A stretch of 32,000 nt of DNA, from contig JACOXK010000134.1 in assembly GCA_016182335.1 (NCBI GenBank), forward strand, positions 350 through 32,349, read 5' to 3'. Shown here piece by piece: positions 16,859 through 24,798 of the stretch; position 1 is the first letter of the stretch; every line of letters begins with the position of its first letter. The translations under genes were made by a program, and so were the position numbers. The stretch is from Deltaproteobacteria bacterium (lineage in GTDB: Bacteria > Bdellovibrionota > JACOXK01). Below the pieces are notes generated by a model. It worked only from the letters and a program-made list of their open reading frames with translations. It did not search any database and was not told where the DNA came from.

Positions 16859-17665
16859 ATGTTAGAGCACCTCACTTTGCTTGAAAATAAAACAATCTAT
16901 CTCTTAAGAGAAGCTTATAGCCAATTAAGAGAAAACACCGCTCTTCTCTGGTCAATTGGAAAGGATTCCACCACTATGCTTTGGATTGCCAGAAAAGCTT
17001 TTTTTGGTACAATTCCTTTTCCCGTTATGCATATTGATACGAGCTATAAATTTAAAGAGATTTATGAATTTAGACAAAAATATGCCTCTCTATGGAATTT
17101 AAATCTCATTGTTACAAAAAATGAGGCTGCCTTAAAAGAAGGCATGAATTTTAAAAAGGGTAGATTTGAATGCTGCGATGCTCTCAAGACACAAGCGCTT
17201 AAATTGGCTTTAAATCACCATCATTTTAAAGGCGTTTATCTTGCTATCCGCAGAGATGAACATGGCATTCGCGCTAAAGAAAGATATTTTTCTCCTAGGA
17301 ATGAGCAGTTTCAATGGAACTATCAAAATCAACCTCCAGAGCTATGGAATTTATTTAAATCTACAACAGCACAAGACGAACATATTCGAATTCATCCTAT
17401 GCTCGATTGGACAGAAATTGATATTTGGAGATATATTGAAAGAGAAAAAATTCCTGTCAATTCACTTTATTTTTCTAAAAACTTCAAACGTTTTCGAAGT
17501 ATTGGCTGTGAAACTTGTTGTGAGCCTGTTGATTCTAAAGCAAGAAATTTGAAAAAAATCATTCATGAACTGGAAACGACTACTATTTCAGAACGATCGG
17601 GCAGAGCACAAGACAAAGAAAACTCTTACAATATGCAAAAATTAAGAAGTCTTGGATACATGTAA
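16859..17665 (+). CDS. cysD: Sulfate adenylyltransferase subunit 2
   Basis: PAPS-reductase-fold motif SIGKDSTTMLWIARKAF. N-terminus MLEHLTLLENKTIYLLREA aligns with E. coli CysD. Start at ATG 16859 rather than the TTG at 16805. Confidence 0.85.
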   Translation: MLEHLTLLENKTIYLLREAYSQLRENTALLWSIGKDSTTMLWIARKAFFGTIPFPVMHIDTSYKFKEIYEFRQKYASLWNLNLIVTKNEAALKEGMNFKKGRFECCDALKTQALKLALNHHHFKGVYLAIRRDEHGIRAKERYFSPRNEQFQWNYQNQPPELWNLFKSTTAQDEHIRIHPMLDWTEIDIWRYIEREKIPVNSLYFSKNFKRFRSIGCETCCEPVDSKARNLKKIIHELETTTISERSGRAQDKENSYNMQKLRSLGYM

Positions 17666-18903
17666 TGAAAGAATCCTTTAACATTGTCATTGTGGGCCAT
17701 GTAGATCATGGAAAATCTACGCTGATAGGCAGACTCTTATATGACACACGGTCCCTTCCCAAAGAAAAAATCGTAGAAGTCAGAAAGATTTCCAAAGAAC
17801 TTGGCAAAGAAATGGAATTGGCTTTTCTCATGGATCATTTAAAAGAAGAAAGAGAAAAAAATATTACAATTGATACTACTCAAATATTTTTTAAAAGCCG
17901 AAAGCGAAATTATGTCATTATTGATGCCCCTGGTCATGTTGAATTTACAAAAAATATGTTAACAGGGGCAAGCCGTGCTGACGGGTCACTACTGATCATC
18001 GATGCCCATGCTGGCATTCAAGAGCAGACTAGGCGCCATGCTTATCTTCTCAAAATGCTTGGCATTAAAGACCTGATTGTTGTTTTAAATAAGATGGACC
18101 TTGTTCGTTATAAAGAGCACGTTTTTAATACTTTAAAAGAAGAGATTTTAACATTTTTAAAAACGCTGAACCTATATCCCTCTTTTATTATTCCACTCTC
18201 TTCAAAAGAAGGAATCCATATTTCAAAATACTCTTCACTTATGCCCTGGTATCAGGGACATTATTTAATAAACGCTCTGGATCAATTAAAAATGAATGAA
18301 AAAACAAAAAAGCCGCTGCGATTGCCCATACAAGATATTTATGAATGTGATGGCACGAAAATAATTGTTGGAAAAATAACCTCTGGAACACTCAAACAAG
18401 GCCAAAAGGTCACATTACTCCCAACTCGTGAGCAGGTTCAAGTAGCATCCATAATGGCTTTTGGTAAGAGTAAAAAGAAAAATGCACAAAAAAATGAAAA
18501 TATCGGACTTATAATAACGCCCTCTTTACCGATAAAAAGAGGAGATGTCTTGAGTGACTCACACCAGTCCGCCAAAATAAAAAATATCTTTGGGGCTCAT
18601 TTATTTTGGATATCCGAAAAACCTTTAAAAATTAATGAGCCATTCACTTTAAGATGCAATACACAGAGTGTACATTGTGAAGTGCTTAAAATTGAAAAAA
18701 GAATTAACTCTTCAACTTTGCAAGTATTGGAGATAGATGCTTCTCTTCTTAACACAAATGAAGCAGCTGTCGTTGTCTTAGAAGCAAAAGTTCCCCTCAT
18801 TCATGACCCATTTAACTTTATCGAAGAAATGGGAAGATTTGTCATTGAACAAGACTTTAATATTCAAGGTGCAGGTGTGATTAAAGAAGACACACTCTTT
18901 TAA
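17665..18903 (+). CDS. cysN: Sulfate adenylyltransferase subunit 1 (GTPase), without a fused APS kinase domain
   Basis: G-motifs GHVDHGKST, DAPGH and NKMD. TAATG overlap with cysD. The 412-aa length leaves no room for a CysC domain. Confidence 0.85.
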   Translation: MKESFNIVIVGHVDHGKSTLIGRLLYDTRSLPKEKIVEVRKISKELGKEMELAFLMDHLKEEREKNITIDTTQIFFKSRKRNYVIIDAPGHVEFTKNMLTGASRADGSLLIIDAHAGIQEQTRRHAYLLKMLGIKDLIVVLNKMDLVRYKEHVFNTLKEEILTFLKTLNLYPSFIIPLSSKEGIHISKYSSLMPWYQGHYLINALDQLKMNEKTKKPLRLPIQDIYECDGTKIIVGKITSGTLKQGQKVTLLPTREQVQVASIMAFGKSKKKNAQKNENIGLIITPSLPIKRGDVLSDSHQSAKIKNIFGAHLFWISEKPLKINEPFTLRCNTQSVHCEVLKIEKRINSSTLQVLEIDASLLNTNEAAVVVLEAKVPLIHDPFNFIEEMGRFVIEQDFNIQGAGVIKEDTLF

Positions 18904-20960
18904 AATAAACTTTTTCCGTCTAAATCAAGTGCCTTTATGTATTGGTCATCGTACCCTGTCATTTTTAAGATCGTCGGCATCATATCGTAGATGGACACTG
19001 TGTCCTGAACCAGAGGTTTGTTCATGAACAAAACGCCCGGCACAAGCTCAGGATCAAACAAATGATCGCCAGACCATTTTTTCAAATTGTCTTCCAACAA
19101 CTCGCTGGGCACTGCCCCCATAGCCGTTTGCCAGGATGCACGATAACCCTCATGAAATCCAACATAAAGATCTGGGGCATCATTGGCTTTATCACCCCAA
19201 AAAATTTCTTGTCCTAAGTAGACGCGAGAGACGATTTTTTCAGAATGTTTTTGATCGACCCACGTCTGTAATTTTTCAGATATCTCTTTTTTAAGTTCTT
19301 CACTTTCTGATTCTACAATGCCTTCTGCCTCTCTTCCCTTTTGGTTCATATAAATACCCCCAAACCCCAACGCATAGGCTTTTGTTTTTGTCCAATCAAT
19401 GTCTTTTAGTAATTCCTGGCCACTACTGGCTGATTTATTTTTTAATACTAAATAACCATTGTCCCTCAACCAACTATTTAAATGAACCGCTCTTCTAAAC
19501 GTGCCAAATCCATGATCCGATAAAACAATGATTGTATCCTCTTGTCCGATATGACCCATCACTTCACCTAAAATCTGATCCATTTTTTCATACCAATCAT
19601 AGATAGCCGTTTTATATTGTTGGGCAGCCTTATCGTCATAAAGAGGGTGCTTGGGATCAATATAGCGCCAAAACATATGTTGAATCACATCAGAAGATCC
19701 AAAATAGAAAAAAAGAAGCCCCCGATCAAAGCGATTTAATTCGTAAGCCAAAATTTTTTTCTTTTCGGTGAGCAATGTATTGATTTGCAAAAGGGCTGCA
19801 TCCTCGCCAAGTCTGCCTTCATTGACCGCCCATGTATCGGCCGGCATGCCTTGAGTATGAAAGCAACCTATATGTTCTGCAAGTTCTTGACTGTACTTTT
19901 TCGGGTGTGAAATTTGGAAATAAGGATTTTTAGGATCAAAGTTTATTGGACTTAAATAAAGATTAAACTCTGGCTCAAGAGATGCCAAATAAAATCTTAC
20001 AACACCTCTCATTTTCTTAAACAAACCCACTTTAAACGCAACTTCTTTCCACCCACTCCACTCACCCACTGTGAGCTCAAATTTATTATTTTCATAAATA
20101 ATGTAGACGGTGTTCTTATCCTTTTGAACAACTCGAAAAGGTGTTTTTACATGGGCTGCGTCTTTAAAAAAGCCTTTTATTTTAGGACCAATGAAATCTA
20201 ATTTCATCATTCGAGAATTATAGATGTTAAAAACTTTTCCTCCCGTCGTATTTTTATTTTCTAAAACTTCTGAGGTATAAAAAGTAAATGTGCCTTCTGT
20301 CCCCAGAATATCTGGCACCCCCATACCAGAAAGCATTGTGCCAAATACTGCATCAGGGGGGAACGTAAGAGGATGAGATATAATCGCGGTGGGGATTTTT
20401 TTATCTGATGTGTACTGCCAAAAACGTTTGTCTTTAATAATAGATTTTACTTTCCCTTGAGTGGTATTTGAAAGAGACAGTCTCAAATCATATGTCTTAG
20501 GATCTCTTAAAATAAAGTCGAAAATACCCGTTTTTGCAGGATTTTTGCCCGTAGAAAAGGCCGTCCAGGCAACCGGGGACTGAGGTGGATTTGTCGTCTG
20601 TAAACGCTTGTAAGATCCATGAGATTTAAGCATTGAAAAATGGGGCAATTTTCCTTGTGCCATCATCGGTTCCATAATCTTTGGGCTAAGACCATCCATG
20701 CCTAAAATAATTATTTTTCGATTGAAATTACCGCTTTGACTACTATTTTTCATAAAAAAAAATCCAGCACTGAAGAGGACTAAAATGATAATGCAAAAAA
20801 ATGTAAAATAAAACTTATGCCTTCTCATAAAATTAACAATTTTCTTAAAAAAAATTACGATAAGACCTAATAAGCCTGACAAAAGACCTAATAACCAACC
20901 ACCAATACTAAAAATGACGTACCCCGAAATAGGATCAATATAACTTAAGTTTAAATCCAC
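18900..20960 (-). CDS. Second membrane-anchored AlkP-superfamily phosphodiesterase/pyrophosphatase-like enzyme, paralog of 14942-16762
   Basis: Two N-terminal TM helices. Motifs ILGMDGLSP, GKLPHF, QSPVAWTAFSTGK and VLSDHGF parallel those of the other copy. GTG start with AGGAG upstream. Confidence 0.8.
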   Translation of the reverse strand: MDLNLSYIDPISGYVIFSIGGWLLGLLSGLLGLIVIFFKKIVNFMRRHKFYFTFFCIIILVLFSAGFFFMKNSSQSGNFNRKIIILGMDGLSPKIMEPMMAQGKLPHFSMLKSHGSYKRLQTTNPPQSPVAWTAFSTGKNPAKTGIFDFILRDPKTYDLRLSLSNTTQGKVKSIIKDKRFWQYTSDKKIPTAIISHPLTFPPDAVFGTMLSGMGVPDILGTEGTFTFYTSEVLENKNTTGGKVFNIYNSRMMKLDFIGPKIKGFFKDAAHVKTPFRVVQKDKNTVYIIYENNKFELTVGEWSGWKEVAFKVGLFKKMRGVVRFYLASLEPEFNLYLSPINFDPKNPYFQISHPKKYSQELAEHIGCFHTQGMPADTWAVNEGRLGEDAALLQINTLLTEKKKILAYELNRFDRGLLFFYFGSSDVIQHMFWRYIDPKHPLYDDKAAQQYKTAIYDWYEKMDQILGEVMGHIGQEDTIIVLSDHGFGTFRRAVHLNSWLRDNGYLVLKNKSASSGQELLKDIDWTKTKAYALGFGGIYMNQKGREAEGIVESESEELKKEISEKLQTWVDQKHSEKIVSRVYLGQEIFWGDKANDAPDLYVGFHEGYRASWQTAMGAVPSELLEDNLKKWSGDHLFDPELVPGVLFMNKPLVQDTVSIYDMMPTILKMTGYDDQYIKALDLDGKSLF

Positions 20961-21049
20961 ACATATCTCCTACAGGGTTTTGAAATTCCAACGCCGCTCT
21001 ACTCTATTATTTTATCTTTCTAGTTGAGTCAACATGGGTCTGTAGGGGT

Positions 21050-22441
21050 TTAGGAAGATGGAAGAATTCTTTTTCTCTTTAACTTTTCAATAAGAGTTGT
21101 CCTTTTAAGATTAAGCATTGAAGCTGCTCTTTTTTTGTTACCACTTGTTCGATTCAGAACAGTGTTTATGATTGTGTTCTCAAAATCTTCAACTGCTTTA
21201 TTAAAATCAACTCCAAGCTCTGGTATATACAACTCATTAAAAACAAGAGAATCTTCTTTCCTAAATAATGACATGGGAAGGTCTTTTATTTCTATGCGAC
21301 CACCGTCTTTTAAAATCATGGTCCTCTCCAAAACATTTTCAAGTTCCCGAACATTTCCCTGCCATGAATAATAACATAATGCATTCATCGCTTCCTCACT
21401 CAGGCCCAAGATTCTTTTTTGATGATTATTCTGTCGTTGATTGAAGCTTTCAACGAAGTGCCGAACAAGCAATGGGATATCTTCCCTTCTTTCACGCAAA
21501 GAGGGAATGAGAATAGGGATGACATTCAGGCGATAATACAGATCTTCTCTAAATGTTTTTCTCTTAACCGCTTTTTCAATATCTATATTGGTCGCCGCCA
21601 AAATCCTTACATCAATAGATTTATTTTTTCCACCCACCGGATCAATTGTTTTGCTCTGAAGTACTCGAAGCAATTTCACCTGAAGGTTCAATGGCATGTT
21701 TCCTATTTCATCGAGAAATAAGGTTCCACCATCCGCCATTTCAAACCGGCCCATCCTATCTGCTACAGCCCCCGTAAAAGAACCTCTCGTATGACCAAAG
21801 AGCTCCGATTCTAAAAGAGCTTCAGGAATAGCTCCGCAATTAACTGTAATAAATGGCTTATCAGCTCTGTGGCTATTATAGTGAATTGCTGATGCAACAA
21901 GCTCTTTGCCTGAACCACTCTCTCCTAGAATGAGCACAGTGCAATTTGATGAAGCAACTTTTTGAATGATCTCAAAAACTTGTCTCATAGCCGTACTTTT
22001 TCCAATGAGATCTTCAAATTTAAAATGGGCTTTAAGTTGTCTTTGATAAATAGTGTTTTGTTTCTCAAGTTTTTGATGTCCCAAAGCTTTTTCAAGAAGA
22101 TTATGCACTTCCTCAAGTCTAAAGGGTTTTGTAATGTAATGAAAAGCCCCACGTTTTATAGCTTCAATAGAGGACTCAATACTCCCATAACCCGTCATGA
22201 CAATAACGCACGGCCTGTGACTATTAGAACCAATGCGCGTCAATAAATTCATCCCATCCATATCTGGAAGTCTTAGATCTAAAAGAATCGCGTCAAATTT
22301 TTTCTGCTCTTGTAAATCGAGAGCTTCTTTTCCATCTTTGACGCATGTAACAGTGTACTGACAGGACAATAAATATTTATGAAGAGCCAGGCGACAGCCC
22401 GCGTCGTCATCTACAACTAGTACGTGGGATTTTTCAGACAT
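21050..22441 (-). CDS. Sigma54-dependent response regulator (NtrC family: REC, AAA+, Fis-type HTH)
   Basis: REC motifs VLVVDDD and DLRLPDMDG. AAA+ motifs GESGSGKE, ESELFGH, a GSFTGA variant of GAFTGA, and REDLYYRL. C-terminal HTH. Start at ATG 22441 (GAGGGAG SD) rather than the TTG at 22495. Confidence 0.9.
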   Translation of the reverse strand: MSEKSHVLVVDDDAGCRLALHKYLLSCQYTVTCVKDGKEALDLQEQKKFDAILLDLRLPDMDGMNLLTRIGSNSHRPCVIVMTGYGSIESSIEAIKRGAFHYITKPFRLEEVHNLLEKALGHQKLEKQNTIYQRQLKAHFKFEDLIGKSTAMRQVFEIIQKVASSNCTVLILGESGSGKELVASAIHYNSHRADKPFITVNCGAIPEALLESELFGHTRGSFTGAVADRMGRFEMADGGTLFLDEIGNMPLNLQVKLLRVLQSKTIDPVGGKNKSIDVRILAATNIDIEKAVKRKTFREDLYYRLNVIPILIPSLRERREDIPLLVRHFVESFNQRQNNHQKRILGLSEEAMNALCYYSWQGNVRELENVLERTMILKDGGRIEIKDLPMSLFRKEDSLVFNELYIPELGVDFNKAVEDFENTIINTVLNRTSGNKKRAASMLNLKRTTLIEKLKRKRILPSS

Positions 22442-22564
22442 TCGTCTTATCTCCCTCAAGCTAAAACGACTGCAACTGTACTTTGTTAAAGGCAATTAAA
22501 ACGCTTACACAACCACAACTCAATTTAAGAGTAACATCGTGACAACGAAAGTCAATTTTCCCAC

Positions 22565-22687
22565 AGCAATGCCATAGTTATGATGGCTACTGCGTTCTAG
22601 CCCGTTGGGCTCCTCGACGTACAGCACAGCACACCTACGTCGTCATCCTCCCAGCGGCCTTATCTGCCTCATAACTATGACATCGCT
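22565..22687. repeat. 123-bp element closed by a stem of about 22 bp, with two internal hairpins (MITE/REP-like element or structured RNA)
   Basis: Arms 22565-22587 and 22666-22687 pair at 20 positions, with 2 mismatches and 1 bulge. Inner hairpins are GCCC-GTT-GGGC (22600-22610) and CGACGTA/TACGTCG (22615-22642). Confidence 0.55.
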
Positions 22688-22695
22688 AATAACAA

Positions 22696-24009
22696 TTAAG
22701 AGAACAACACCTGAATGGGGGCTCCTGTAAATTGATACTCTCTGTAAAGTTCGTTGATGAGATACTTTTTGTAGGGATCTTTCAAACTGTCACGAGGATT
22801 AGTTTTAAAATAAAACTTCGGTGGGGAAACTTCCATTTGAGATAGTTTTGTAATTTTAGGTAATTTCCCACGATAAAGTGGAGGAGGAACTCTCTGTACC
22901 CGACTTTCAACAAAGAGCCCAAGTTCGGAAGTTGAAAGAAGTCTCTTTCGAGCTACGTATAAGTCCTGAGCTATTTTAAAAAGCTTTATGACGCGCTGAC
23001 CGCTCAAAGCAGAAAGAAAAATCATGGGGGACCAAAAAAATTGAGGGTAAAAATCCCTAAAGTCCCTCTCAAACTGAACCGACGTTTTAGAATCCTTTGT
23101 TACAAGGTCCCATTTATTCACAATGAACACCAAAGATGTTCCTTCATCCATGGCCATGTGGGCAATTTTGAGATCTTGTTCAACAATCCCTTTGTCTCCA
23201 TCCACAACAAGAAAGGCGACATCCGCCCTTTTCATAGCCATCCTTGACCGATGGGTGGCATAAAACTCTAGACTTTTATTAACTCTTGCAGGCTTTCGAA
23301 TACCCGCAGTGTCCACAAAAGAAAAAAGGATATTGTCTCTCACAATAGGAACATCAATAGAGTCCCGCGTCGTCAGCGGTTCGTTGCTTACGATACACCT
23401 ATTTTGTCCAAGAAGTTTGTTCGTCAGAGTTGATTTGCCAACATTGGGGCGTCCCACAATAGCAATTTTAATTTCTTCCTGAATAGCTTCATCACTCTGG
23501 GATGGCTCAATGGGTGGAAGTGCTCCTTCTATGGCATCTACAAGCGCCTCTAAACCCAACTTGTGTTCTGCTGAAATGGGATAAAAAACATCTTCCCCAA
23601 GTTCATAATAATCAATAATTCTATCTTCGTGAAGAGGATCATCCATTTTGTTGATCACAAGAAGAATATTCTTACTCATTTTTCGAAGTTCTCGAATGAA
23701 ATCTTTGTCCACAGGATGTAGTCCCTGAGTCCCATCCATTACATAGAGGAGAAGATGAGACTGTTGCAGAGCAATATGAACCTGCTCCTGCATAAGACGA
23801 TCCAACTCACTTAAAATAGTAGGTTCTAACCCGCCTGTATCAATCAACTGAAATTTTTTTGTTTTTCCAAAGACAAGAGCATCATGCCGATCTCTCGTAA
23901 CCCCCGCTTCCGGGGATACAATAGCGGATCGGCGTTTAACGATTCTGTTAAACAGAGTTGATTTACCCACATTGGGTCTGCCGATAATAGCAACTTGAGA
24001 ATATTTCAT
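22696..24009 (-). CDS. der: Ribosome-associated GTPase Der/EngA
   Basis: Two tandem G domains (GRPNVGKST twice, DTGG and DTAG, NKMD and NKWD) plus a KH-like C-terminus. Confidence 0.92.
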   Translation of the reverse strand: MKYSQVAIIGRPNVGKSTLFNRIVKRRSAIVSPEAGVTRDRHDALVFGKTKKFQLIDTGGLEPTILSELDRLMQEQVHIALQQSHLLLYVMDGTQGLHPVDKDFIRELRKMSKNILLVINKMDDPLHEDRIIDYYELGEDVFYPISAEHKLGLEALVDAIEGALPPIEPSQSDEAIQEEIKIAIVGRPNVGKSTLTNKLLGQNRCIVSNEPLTTRDSIDVPIVRDNILFSFVDTAGIRKPARVNKSLEFYATHRSRMAMKRADVAFLVVDGDKGIVEQDLKIAHMAMDEGTSLVFIVNKWDLVTKDSKTSVQFERDFRDFYPQFFWSPMIFLSALSGQRVIKLFKIAQDLYVARKRLLSTSELGLFVESRVQRVPPPLYRGKLPKITKLSQMEVSPPKFYFKTNPRDSLKDPYKKYLINELYREYQFTGAPIQVLFS

Positions 24010-24692
24010 AAAATATCCAATTGCATCAGAGCTTGTTTTGCTGCATTTTGCTCTGCTTCCTTCTTACTTTTTCCCTGACCTTTAGAAAGAATTTTACTCT
24101 TCAAAACAAGGTTCACTTCAAAGATTTTTTTATGATCAGGGCCATTTTCCTGGATCACTCTGTATTGAGGGGTCGTATGGTGTTTTAACTGAACAAACTG
24201 TTGAAAGCTAGATTTATAATCAAAAGAATCGTAATGGTTTTCAACATCTTCTATTTCATGATCAAACAAGTGCGCCACAACTTCATAAACTTTTTGAAAA
24301 CCACCATCCAGATAAATAGCCGCGAGAATAGCCTCAAGAGCACAGGCCAATATAGAGTCTTTCCCTCGTCCGCCAGACTTTTCCTCTCCACGGCCTAAAA
24401 AAAGAAACTCTCCAAGATTGAGTTTTCTTGAGATGTTCGACAAAGTTTTTTCATTCACAAGGGTAGCTCTCATCTTTGAGAGATCCCCTTCTCTTTTTGT
24501 TTCAAATTTTTTCATCAGGATGTCACTGATGACAAGATCAAGGATGGCATCCCCTAAGAACTCAAGCCTTTCGTTGTGAAACTCACTGTGCTGATTTTCG
24601 TGCTTGAATGACCCATGAGTGAGGGCTTTTTGAAGCAGCAACGAATCGTGAAAAGGGTATTGCAGAAGATGTTCTAAGGCAACAAAATTCAT
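24006..24692 (-). CDS. rnc: Ribonuclease III
   Basis: Signature ERLEFLGDA, a C-terminal dsRBD (GPDHKKIFEV...GKSKKEAEQNAA) and an ATGA overlap with der. Confidence 0.92.
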   Translation of the reverse strand: MNFVALEHLLQYPFHDSLLLQKALTHGSFKHENQHSEFHNERLEFLGDAILDLVISDILMKKFETKREGDLSKMRATLVNEKTLSNISRKLNLGEFLFLGRGEEKSGGRGKDSILACALEAILAAIYLDGGFQKVYEVVAHLFDHEIEDVENHYDSFDYKSSFQQFVQLKHHTTPQYRVIQENGPDHKKIFEVNLVLKSKILSKGQGKSKKEAEQNAAKQALMQLDIL

Positions 24693-24755
24693 AATGTGCC
24701 ATTACTAACACACTTGGGACCAAAAAATAAGAGGCTGCCCTGCGCCAGCACAAAG

Positions 24756-24784
24756 TTGCCAGGATGTTTCTACCTGGCTAATAT
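24756..24784 (+). promoter_or_regulatory. Sigma70-type promoter, TTGCCA-17 nt-TAATAT
   Basis: Read directly. The spacer contains a GCCAGG/CCTGGC hairpin. The -10 box ends 14 nt before the ATG at 24799, which has no SD. Confidence 0.4.
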
Positions 24785-24798
24785 CTTTAACATACAGT

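Noticed and set aside
20961-21049. A sigma54 promoter (TGGCAC-N5-TTGC) for the phosphodiesterase downstream of the NtrC-type activator. I also scanned 1239-1383, 14396-14494, 16763-16858 and 29595-29786.
   Set aside because: No GG-N10-GC arrangement with acceptable flanks was found on the relevant strand. The TGGCAC at about 1283-1288 (minus strand) lacks a -12 element and points into the end of the ATPase gene.
24693-24798. A ydaO-type c-di-AMP riboswitch ahead of the KimA-like gene.
   Set aside because: The gap is only 106 bp, most of it promoter. There is no room for the large pseudo-symmetric ydaO fold.
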